A stretch of 64,000 nucleotides of DNA from Selaginella moellendorffii (lineage: Eukaryota; Plantae; Lycopodiophyta), in assembly GCF_000143415.4 (NCBI RefSeq), contig NW_003314265.1:2435181-2499180 (forward strand), given 5' to 3'. Position numbers and translations under genes: made by a program. This document shows positions 1-11,300 of this stretch, one piece after another. The stretch's first letter is position 1; the number at the start of each line of letters is the position of its first letter. The notes under the pieces are model-generated. The model did not search any database, was not told the DNA's origin, and was given only the letters and a program-made list of their open reading frames with translations.

Positions 1-628
1 AAACTAGCTCACAAGAAATAACCTTTTCAACCTCTGGCACTGGACTTACTTGTGTAACAACTAACACGTCCTTCACTCCATATTCCTTAGTTCTTTTCCA
101 GTGTCATGGAACAGAATGGTAGTCAAACTCTGGACGGTGAGAGCTAGGAGTGATGTTTGGCCCATCAAATATCTGTTAACGCTTCATCCGAGCTGTTCTC
201 ATGTCCCCAAGTGGTTTATAACTTGATTCATAGGAATTCTAGCAACAACTTCCTCCACCATCTTAGACATTAACCTTGTTGTTGGTGTTGTCCTTCTACC
301 AACCCGCTCTCGAAGCCTGTCTAAGTTCGGACCTGTACTAGCAAACCTTGCTTCCTATACAGCTAAAGCTTTTGATGACTGCTCAAGAGATCTAGTGAGG
401 TCGGAGAGCATAGCTTCATAAAGGAACACTTTTCCTTTCCCTGCTTCAAAAGCTCTCTGACTCCAATGTTTTCTCTCAGAGAGATTAATTGTTGGTGTAA
501 GTGCTATGTCATCAAGTGGTTGATCCTAGGAAAAATGCAACATTTGAATGTGACAAGAAAGAAAATGAGAGAAAGCTTACATAGAGAGTATAATAACCCC
601 ACTAAAACATTCAAACTTCCCACCATAT
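1..628 (-). pseudogene. MULE-like DDE transposase A, 3' part (split by the 18-kb insertion; continues off the window)
   Basis: The minus strand reads WWEV*MF*WGYYTLY, a GT-AG intron, then DQPLDDIALTPTINLSERKH...LYEAMLSDL. This aligns with the plus-strand paralog at 35420-35820 (W*EVKMFQ*GHHSLQ / PLEDLAYTPTMNLSKSKH) and joins in frame to the part at 18583. Confidence 0.75.
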
Positions 629-650
629 GCTCTATTTCGTTAAAGTGGGA
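629..650 (+). repeat. Left terminal inverted repeat GCTCTATTTCGTTAAAGTGGGA
   Basis: Exact reverse complement of 18557-18578. Confidence 0.85.
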
Positions 651-2162
651 TTTATTCAATAAAATGGGACTAGGTACAAATTTTCAAGTATTTGAAAATG
701 ACGTGAAATTATATGTTTTTTGTCCAGGGGCTAGACATATCTGGGGCATGGTGACTTTATGTCCAGATTGAGTCCATCTGGTTGTATAATAAATCTCATT
801 GTCAAGGTGAACAAGCCGAATCTGAAGCTAAAGAAGAACGATGGCATGCGCGCACACACTATTTGTTTGTTCATTGAGTGTGTGGTGAGTTTTCCAAGAT
901 GAACGTCATTCCTATTAGCCAGACATATAACTTAATGGTGAGAACATTTAGATATTATTCAATGTTATCTTTTTCTAACGAATCTAATTGTGAAGGTGTA
1001 GCAAGAGGCATTGCTAGTCTGGAGAAGTCATTTAACTCATTTGACCCTTAGTGTATTTTCATGAAACTAAATAACATTCATATTATTAAGGAATTTCTCT
1101 AGTACCTTTTTTTTACGACATAGAGGCTTGCATTTCTTTCAAAGGTGATTTAGTAAAAGGCCTGAGGGCACATGCCATTCTATTTCTCAGACCGGTATTA
1201 AGATATACTAGTGCAAAGGGAAAAAGGTATTTGGTGATCAAGTAAATGGCATGAGGGCACACGCCATTATAAGCCTAAGCGCTAGTGGACACCTCCTTTT
1301 TGGTACTCTCAGCGGTACTATCATCCTTCTCTGGGTCAGTTGTTTTGCTTTGGATTGTTGTCTCTGATGTTACTGGGGCGTTCTCGATAGTTGTTAATGT
1401 TGCCGTTTGTTCAGAAAAATGATCACCTGGAGTATAGTACGGGGAGTTTGGAAGACTTATATATTCTACATCTTCACCTATCTCCTTCTCCGTCTCCTTT
1501 TCTGCCTCACTTACAGATTTTGTGCTTGCCATGAGAACGCTCTTCACCCTAAAATATGGAGTTCGTTGTGTTATAAAAGGAAACCAACACACACGCTGCA
1601 AGGGAATGATGGTACATAAAGCACGTAAGCCCACAATATGGGTTTATGTGCCATTAATATGGGCCACACACCAGATTTATGCACGTGTGATTGGTAAATG
1701 CATATGTCACATCATCTTTGTTTTACCTCACACACTATATCAGGCCTAATGAACCATATCACATGTGCGCACATGCTATATATATGGAGAAGTATTATGC
1801 AAGGATAGAAATTCAATGCATGATTGTGGAGAGCAATGGCATGAAGCCACATGCTAAATAACATTTTAGAGAAAGAATTAAAATAAAAACATGCAAACAG
1901 TACTAAGTGGACCAAGACTTAGAAGTGCACAATTGAATGAGGTATTTCTAATAAATACTTCACTCACCTCATATAGGAATGGCTACCACTCTCAAATGGC
2001 GTATCGCCTCATGCCATCACCTCGCAATTTGTTATAACAATCCGATGAATTCATATTCGGCTTGTTCACCTTGAACTTTAAGTAAGATTTGCTAGAACAA
2101 CTAAGAATTTATACTTGTTATTTATATCATCTCACCTAGGAATGGCGTAAGGCCACATGCCA

Positions 2163-5100
2163 TCACGCCTCCTCTGATTCAGATTCGGATTGTTCACCTT
2201 GAAATAAAATACATTAGAAACTTAGTAAAGGAATATTCATGAATCTCACCTTGAACCCGGGTTATGAATGCTCTTGCTGCATCTCTTGCATGGTCTGGCA
2301 AGGTGATGGTGGCACTCTGCTTCCGCATCCAACCATGCACAACATTATCCACCGATATGCTCATGCTGGGATCCCTTGGATTCAGCACCCATCTCTTTTC
2401 TAGGCAATCGTTCGTATATCCGGAACTTGGCTTGAACCACTCCACAGTTACATTGAAGGAGTTAGTTTCCGCGTCCTCCTCTGCATCAGTGATGCAGCGC
2501 CCCACCCATATCATTTGTTTTTTATTATTGGGTCTGACAAGCATGACCATTCCTTTGCAGACCTGTACTGGATTGAATGCTGAATCTGGCTTCTTGTTCC
2601 TCGGCCCACAATAGTGATCCTCAACATCGTTATCTGTCACTGCATTTCCAGAGGACATTGTTCCGCTACTATCTGGTGCTCTGGGTTCTGGCTAAAAGGA
2701 CTCTTCCAATTCTTCATATACAACCGGCCCATTTTGGATAGCAGATATAATCTTCTCCCAGTATTCGAGCAAAGGTTTGCACCTCTGAAAATAGGATTCT
2801 CCACCAAACACCAACCCCCTCTTCCAGAAGGCAATATGCTGTCTAATCCCGGCCACTATACTTTCCTGGTCTTTGAGTCCACCGGGTGCATCGGCCGTGG
2901 GGAACCTTGAGGAATCATAGGTTCCCCAGTTATGGGATTTCTCTTGAAGAGTTCAATGCCGTCCACTGGCAGCCACACTGTGTCCCATTCTCTCATCTTG
3001 TACCTCATCACTGGAGCACCGTCACACATGCTGAAATGAAACTGAAGAGGCTTGGAGTGGCCAATCAGCGTTTCGGATCCGTCCCTGATGTAGCCTCTTA
3101 CAAACCCCTTAAAGTCTGGAACCTCTGTCAGAAGTGCAGCTTCAACAGTGCCTTTGATGGAATTTTGGAATTCATCGTAGAGTTGTGGGAGGGTGAGGAC
3201 ATTGGATCGCCGGAGGGACTCTGCCAGGTGACTGAACATGGCATCGACGTCTTCATGAGTGTGCCCAACCATGAGAAAGCCAAGTGTAACCGTTTCAAAT
3301 ATGCCTTTGGCAACAAGCATCGCCAAGTACGCAAAGACGTACATGTTTTTGTTCTCACTGCCAGCATTGTCTGTTTGGAGCAGAAGATGGGGTGGAAGGC
3401 CACATCGGCCGCAAGAACTTCCTTGAGATTCTGCTTCGTTTGGATGAGGCTGTGCATTCACCGGGCGACCAGCCTCGTCGGAATGGCATGAGGCCTCACG
3501 TGATAACCCTACAATCTGACGGCCAACATATTCACTGGGATGGCATGGGGCCCCACGCGATACTGCAAGCCTTTGCTCCTCCTCCAGCTGAACCCTGTAT
3601 GAGGTTCGATCGACAAGGGCCTTATGCAAGGGTTGGCCGTTCAGCTCAGTCTGCGCACTTTGCAGAGACCTTAAGTGTTTTGCTAGGGACGCAATCATCA
3701 TGTTTGCACCCCCGCCACCCCATAGAGGTACAAAGAAGTTCCCATAGTTCTGGGCACCATGCCCATGAGCGATTATGTCAAACAGAGACACAGGCAGCTG
3801 CATGGATGAAGAGATTGCCTTGGGGGCAGGATTGAGTCGAGGTAAGCACGTTTTTTTCTGGTCCATTTTGTCGTGGATGATGCAGAGGTAAGAGTCAAAT
3901 CTCTCCATGGAGAGAATCCTGTTATGATAATATGCAGTCCTGCAGCTTCTCTGCTCGATGTTGTGGTCGAGCCGCCTTCTAACCAACGTCTCTCGCTCTT
4001 GAGTGCTAAAAGAATTCTTTGACAAAGCCATTTTGATAGCAGTGCACTCGTCACACTTTGAAAAGCTGGAGTACTTTCCTATACTCACATCCCTGAACCT
4101 GTTTCTCCACAATCTACTAAATCTAGATTGGCTCAGCTTCCTGTAGCCATTACTCTGGAGTTCCCGATTCACATCTTCCAATATGGCCCCCTTGGTATAC
4201 ATGGAAGGGAGAACTCGTTGGGTGTCTCGTGTTCTATCTTCCAAGAGGCGGGTTTTATGTGGTTGCTGCTCGCTACATGTCTCGACAAACCTCTTGAAGA
4301 TTGCCTCTCCATATACAACATGACCCCTGGTTTTGTGCGTACTGTCGTTCCCATGGACTGCCTGTTGAAGCCTTTGTTCCTCGAACTCAGTTTTGATTCT
4401 GTAGAATGTGGTTTGAGGGACTCCATAAATGATTCTCCATGCCTTCATGCAGACCAAACCCCTCTGGAAGACCATGCCCCCCACCTGATGTTCTGAAGCA
4501 TCAATAGATGACCATAATGCCTCATACACAAAATTGCGAGCTGCCTTCCAGGACAATGTCTTGTATCTTGCTCTCTCCTCTTCAATAGCATCCCAATCAG
4601 CATGTTGACAGCACCTCCTCTTGAAACAAGCAACTGTCGAGACCATTCGAACCTCCATTGCCATTTTCTGCCTTTTTGGTTCGTTGCTCAGATCCCTTTG
4701 GCTGCGCTTTAGGAAGGTGTACTTTCTTTTCCCATGAAGAGATGTTCTGTCATCAGTTGTAGTGGTGTTTGATTGTGAATCCTTCACATTCTCAAACACT
4801 AAGTGCCTCAATTTCCACCGCACAATGCTTCCAATAGTCAGACTGTTTTCTTCTGTGTCAACAACTTCTAAAATCGCAACTCCAATATCATCCCAGCCCA
4901 ATTCTTGATTAGCAACCGCATCTCTTGGATCGACAACTGTGGCTAAGCCCTCAGCTACCACCTCCCCCTCGGGGTTGTTTAGAAACACCTTTGCCTGAAT
5001 CCATGTAGCACGGTTCTTAAGATCCACGGAGGGAACATGCGTCGCACTTGCGGCGTCCCCAACATCTGCTTTCTTCTGAAGATTTTTCAAGGCAACAACA

Positions 5101-5303
5101 ACATTTACCCCGACGACCATCTCTCCTCGTTCAATAGCGACCACATTCCCATCGAAGACAGTCTCTACTGATACAGCAGCATTGCCTTCCCCAAGCCTTT
5201 GACAGTGTATAACAAAGTTCCGATCCATAGACACAAGGGTCCCTTTTGCAACTTGCTTCCCACCATTCAAAATGTAAACCTTTTCCCCAACCCTGAAGGC
5301 CAT
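2163..5303 (-). pseudogene. Sola-like DDE/D transposase (~1000 aa; one frameshift near 2870 and a stop at 2692)
   Basis: The 815-aa ORF has KCDEC, HDKMDQKKT, QTDNAGSENKN and FLMVGHTHEDVDAMFS, an RNase H-type catalytic motif set resembling Sola transposases. It continues in a shifted frame into ORF 2194-2658, then a 52-bp intron (2198-2249) and a last exon GEQSESESEEA* ending at 2163. The N-terminus has two tandem Tnp1/En-Spm-like (VAxG...LG...V.V) domains. Confidence 0.75.
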
Positions 5304-5609
5304 TATTTTTGTGTGCGTGACTAGTCACCCATACAAAAATATATACAGTTGCAGCAAGGCAAAAGGAATATGGCAATAGGCTAGGAGGGGCCAAAGATGG
5401 CATTAGGCCTCATGCCATCTTGATATACACACAGCTGCAGGCAAGTAAAAACATACATGACAATACGCTAGCCATGAAATTGCAAGGGCCCAAGATGGCA
5501 TGTGGCCTCATGCCATTTCTAAATGTGGTCCTAAGCCATTCCATGGTGAACATACCAGGAAGCACAAGTGCCGAATATCAAGAGGAAGCGGTAGCCACAC
5601 CAAAGACAG

Positions 5610-5740
5610 TGCCGCTCGCAACACCGCAACTACTCGTAGTGCCGCTCGCAACACCGCAACTGCTCGTAGCGCCGCTCGCACAAACTGCCACTCGCATAAA
5701 CTGCCGCTCGCAATGGCGCTCGCAATGCCGCAACCGCTCG
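5610..5740. repeat. GC-rich ~30-bp tandem repeat (GCCGCTCGCAACACCGCAACT...)
   Basis: Several imperfect units are visible upstream of the transposase. Confidence 0.7.
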
Positions 5741-6534
5741 TAGACGCATAAACCACAGCCCACAACGCCGCTTACACAAGCAGCGCTCACTGCGCTCAGC
5801 GGAACCAAGAACACGGCGCACAAAAATGATAGACCTAGGAATGAGTTCAAGAATTCAAAAATAGCACACGCTTGAACGTCAAATCCTCTGACAAACCAGA
5901 TCTTATGATTCCTCTGACAAATTTCAAACTGAGTAGCTTCTAGACTTTGCTGTCGGAGGTTGAACTTTGTCACATCATGTCCTTGCCTCGATCCAGCTGT
6001 GCCATGTCAGTGATTCGAACTTTGCCATGCCATGTCAGCGATCCGCGCCAAGATTATTCGCCGTGTAAAGGAATAATTATGCTGTGTGTGTACGTCCATT
6101 TATGGCAATATAAGGCCACACGCCATTCAAAGAATAATGCTAGTCGAGCATTTTTTGGTGCATTTTTGGGTTCAAAATTGCATGAGCCCACACGCTATAA
6201 AGTTTACCTGTACCAAAAATAGAAACAGCTTTATTTACTTGGGAATTTAAGTGGTTGAGGCATTTTTAAACTTACAAACACATGCCCTACTTACATTCCT
6301 TTAGTTGCTTAAAATTCAAAAATATTATAAACCTTTCTTTTTGCATTTTCAATGTTTTCAATTATGGTTTTTGATTTTCGTAGGACCAGCCTAGTAATCT
6401 ATTTGCATCCCGTCATGTTTATAGCTAGCTTTCGTTTGTCCCCTTCGCTAGCCTGAGATACATCTGCTCGGCATCTGCCTCTTACAGCATTTGCCCAGAA
6501 AGGGCATCTTTCTTCACGCAGCATTTGCCACATG

Positions 6535-6553
6535 TTTAGGGTTTAGGGTTTAG
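6535..6553 (+). promoter_or_regulatory. Telo-box / short TTTAGGG tract in the divergent intergenic region
   Basis: TTTAGGGTTTAGGGTTTAG. Single TTTAGGGTTT motifs also occur near 7333 and 19987. Confidence 0.35.
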
Positions 6554-7769
6554 CAATTCAGTAGCTTGATAAACATGCAAATACAGAACTTGATGCAAAA
6601 TCCTTTGATATGTCACAATGCCCCTAGGACCATAAACACATTTCAATAGAGAGGGTCCTTTCATTTCATAACTCCTTACGTAGATCTTGGTGAAACTAGA
6701 GTTAGTGAAGTTAGTTTCTTGTGATCCCGCATCTGATTGTGATGTCCCTTTGCAGTTTCGATGGAAAGGTCAATGCACACCAAACTGTAAAATCTTGGAG
6801 CAAAATAACGGTCGGATCTATGGCAAATGCCCCTGAAACATTGTAAGGCTCGTGTGGTCTCATGTGGTGTCCGATCGAGATGCTTCTTTGCAGGGTCATC
6901 AAGAAAGACATTGTATACCATTCTGTAAAATCTAGTTGCGATCTAACGGTTGGATCTCCAGAAAACTCAAAAAAATCTCACGCGTGTCAGAATATCCTAG
7001 GAATATACTCCTATGTGCCCCTGAAAATGGCATGCGGCCCCACGCCATTCAAGAGATAACGCCAGATGACGCCGAGAATTTTTTGGTGCATTTTTTGGGT
7101 TCAAAATTGGATGAGCCCACACGCTATAAAGTTTATCTTTGCCAAATAGAGAAAAGTTTATCTGTGTCATGTGAGGTAGTTACAGTCCTTTGTGCTCGGC
7201 ATCTGCCTCTTGCAGCATTTGCACTGAAAGGGAATTTTTCTCCATTCAGCATTTGGCCCTGAAAATGGCATGCGCCCACACGCCATTCAAGGAATAACGC
7301 CACAGGACGCCTGGATTTTTGGGTTTAAAATGTTTAGGGTTTTTTGGGTTTTTTCAAAATATTTTGGGTCCAACGTTTTTTGGGTTTCTTTGGTTCAAAA
7401 TTGCATGAGCCCACACGCTATAATATTGATTTGAGAGAAAAATAGAAACAGATAGAATTTCTTTATTTAGCTGAACATCTGCCATTTTTGGAAATACAAG
7501 ATGCTTTGGAATATCCAATCATGCATGGTATAAATATAGCGAGGGTATTAAATGATATCCCAATCATGATCTTTCTTTTGGATTTCGCGTGCATGCAGTC
7601 CGAGGAATGATGACGTTGCGGATTTCTTTTGGATTTTGCGTGCTTGCATGCGTGCGGCAATCCAGAAATTAATGGTGGCGCCCAAGTCCAAGGAATGATG
7701 ACGTGGCGGGATTACCAACCATTGTGACATTTCGCGCGTGTGAGGTTAGGTTTTGCATTTTGCTTTGTA

Positions 7770-7945
7770 CTCGCGCTCGCGCTTGCACACTCGCGCTCGC
7801 GCTTGCATCACACTCGCGCTCCCGCTCGCATCGCGCTCCCACTCGCGATCACGCTCACTTCTCTACAGGTTTCTCGTGTGCATCGGCGTCCACTCGCGCT
7901 TGCATCACACTCGCGCTCGCATCGCGCTCGTGTGCATCAGCGTCC
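7770..7945. repeat. CG-rich low-complexity repeat (TCGCGCTCGCGCTTGCATCACAC units)
   Basis: Repeated CTCGCG / TTGCATCACAC units upstream of the cargo gene. Confidence 0.65.
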
Positions 7946-8376
7946 ACTTCATGACACACCCAGTTTGTAACTTCGCCGCCAACTCCGCCGCCCACTCCGC
8001 CACCCACACGCAGCCCACTTGGCGTCCCGGGAGATTTCAGCACTACTCTCCAACTGTAAGTGGCAGAGTAGCCTTGCTGCTACGATCCGCTGCACACACA
8101 GTGCACATCGCCAGCGAGTCCGGCCTCGATTGTCACGGCCTCCATTCGGCTTCAAATGGTAAGTCTTTTAGGCCAAGTAGAAAATGGCATGAGGCCACAT
8201 GCCATTCAGTAGCAACATTGGCATGCACCAATTGGGCTCTCGAGTGCAGTCCGGTTACAGATGGCGTGTAGCCTCACGCCATCTTAGGATGCAGCCTCAA
8301 GACATCTGATGCAGTGGTGAATGGCGTGTGGCCTCACGTTATTTCCAGCTGCTAGCTTTTCATCTGTCAGCTCTAA

Positions 8377-11300
8377 TTGTTGTGCATTTCTGAACAGGCG
8401 AGGAATTGCGTTCTTCTTCCAGCCACTGTCAATGTGGATGCAGAGAAGGGGGAGGAGCTCACCAGTTGGACTTTCGGGATGGAAGGCGAGGATCTGATGC
8501 TGTACAACACAGATGGTGGGAGAAAAGAATGCATGGGGATCCTCATCCAAGTGACAGACACTCCATGCAGTTCCATGCAAGAATATGGACTGGCACTTGT
8601 GGTAGAGACAGCGTCCGCCTTCAAGATCCACCTTGCACATCCTAGCGGCTTCCCGGAGGGGGGCAGCGGCTATGAGGAATTCCTAGAGGGAGCTAGGGAG
8701 AGGTTGTCCAGGAGGCCCACAATTTCAAAGACGCTGCGGGTTTATGAAGATCACATGGAATCCACGGACCTCACCTACGGCGATGTTCAAAAACTATATT
8801 CCAACATTGAGCCGTTGAGAGTGCCTCCAGTTTGCGAAGCGAAGGGGAAGGGGGTCGATCTGGAAACTACCCTGAAGCAGAAAAGGGTGGTCAAGCTCAA
8901 GCCGACGTCCGACTCTGCTGCTCCAAAAAAGAAGCTACTCGGTGATGCCATTGCCTCGGGTTCGAACACTACACCCACCAAAAAGAAGAGCCGCAAAGAG
9001 CAAAAAGAGCAAGAAGAGGCAGCAAAAATCGTCGCAGATAATAGTACTTGTTACTATTCCAACAAAGTATATACAATCGACGTGAGCCGTATCGAGATCC
9101 AAAGCAAATACAACCACAGGCTAGTATCTAATGAGTGGGTGGAGAAACTGAAGCAGAAGATGCTGGCAAGTCCAGTAACACCCGACATCGCAGACGTGAT
9201 CCCCTACTACTGAACAATGAAGGGCGAGACAAGGTTTCCAGACTTGATCAATAGGAAGGTGTTGGACGATCAGAACATCCGGTTCTATGCCGTCTCCGGG
9301 CAGCATTCTAGCTTGGCGATGCAACAGATAGTTGTGGATATTATGGTGGGCGAGGAGGTGAAGAAAGTCTTCAAGACAAGAGTTGTCCGCCTGATAAAAG
9401 GCAACTCGCCCCTCCGATCTATCATATACATCTCCCACGCGCAGAATGTCAAGCAAGAAACGTGCTACAAATCGGGTCTGCACGAGACATTGGCACGAAC
9501 ACGGAAGCTCTGGGTTCAACTGAAGAAGCCACAAAAACCAGGACAAGGATGTGCACTAGCAACTAGCGCCTGGCAGGTAAGCCTCGTTGCATGTGGCATA
9601 GCATGTGGCCTCACGCCATTTCCATTGCAGGAATTCTCGAGTCTTCTCTCGAAAACACTGGGGGTCAATGACACACTCAGCATCCATAACATTCTACTCG
9701 CGACAAAAGTTGTTTTTGACAAATGGGTAGATGTGCTGAGGAGGTACCATGACGGGGAGTTGCTAAACTCAATGGGTGTGGAGGACGGCCGGAAGCCCAA
9801 TGATTTGAATCTCAATGCCTTGCGTTTCTCGCGGTCTCTAGACGACGACGACCTTCTGACAGTGGCTAATGCTCTTCTACGTGGTGAGGTAGTCTTCAAC
9901 AAGACCAAAATGACTCCCGGCCATATTGTGACATACAAGGACTTGTGCACGACTCTGAGAGCTCGTGCGCTATTGAAGGATTGGATCTTCTAGCAAGTGG
10001 CCGTGGCGAGGGTGAGCATCGACACCACGCAAGAGATGATGGAAGAGCTGGAGTTGTCAAATGAAGACATCGACGAGTACGTGAAGGGGGCCCCCAAGTT
10101 CATCGATCTGCTGCGGGATGCCACGAAAAGTAAAGCTGAGAAGTTGGATCAGTATCCAAATTTCATTAAGAGGGATGTCGACCGCCGGCTTCAGAAACAG
10201 CTCGACCCCGCAACAGAGGCCTATCGAGAACCTTACCGGGTATACGTGAATTCAGATGAGGATCAAAGGTGGAGGAGCATCGTTTCCCGCGGAGATGAGC
10301 AGGTCAAGAACATCTTTTGTGTGATGGACTTCACAAACGAGGAGATCACTCATGCAGATGAAGTCAGCTCCATCATTGACTTAATGGTGGGACTTGCGGA
10401 GGTGGAATCTTCAGTCCACTATATGATCTACGACTCCGAATCCTATCACAAGTTCTGGAAGGCCTTGAACGAGGTGAAGGCTCGGTTGAAAGGCAAGGAG
10501 ATGCGGGAGATCCATGGGATAATGGCTAAGAAGAAGATACCGACGAATGTCCGCATCTTCACACTCGCCCTTGTTATTGGTCCTACAGCAGAGTGGGATT
10601 GGAGTGACTTCCCAGCTTCGTTCGACAAGGCCGATCGAATTGATCTGAGGGAGATCAATTTACCCGTGCCTGAGGAACTGAAGACGGCTATGGAGCTTTC
10701 GAATCCAAAGAAAGCTCCAGGTGCAGCATGGGAAATGCTCAGCTGGGTCTTCAACGCAATAGCAGGTGACTCCAAGGGCAAATGCGTTGTCGAGTACAAC
10801 TGCGGCGGACTATTCTTTCGAGCTGCACTACTCAAGGGTGTCCCGTGTGTTGCGGTGACAAACTCCATTGAAGAGGTGACTTCAATGGAGCATATAATTA
10901 CAGTTGCCAAAGAAAAACAGTATCTTCTCTACGAACCTGGTGAGTACGCACTTTAAGTTTAAATGTTATCTCACAAGCTCTGTATGCAGGAGCGTGGCCA
11001 CCCCCAGATGCTGAAACGGCGTTAACAGCTACTGATGTTAGGCCGAGCTCACAACCTGCACAAGGTAAGGTCACGTGAGGCCTCACGCCATTTTGATTAT
11101 AGATCGTTGTGAATATTCAGACACGAGGACTGAAAAGCGCACTGGTGGCGCGTCGAAGAAGGACAAACAGACAAGCAATAGGAAAAAAGGAGGTACAAAT
11201 TATATTTGCAATGGCGTGTGGTCTCATGCCATTCCTTGCAGGAGACACTTCTTCAAAGGCAAAACAGGCAAGCACCAGCCAAGCTCAAACTGACAGTGGT

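Noticed and set aside
620-630. CCACCATATGC direct match to 18641-18651 as an 11-bp TSD
   Set aside because: The second copy lies 60 bp inside the flanking gene (CIWW codons). The frame-restoring junction is at 18582, so the match is coincidental WW-codon similarity.
6535-6553. Telomere or healed chromosome end
   Set aside because: Under three units and internal to the element; better explained as a telo-box.
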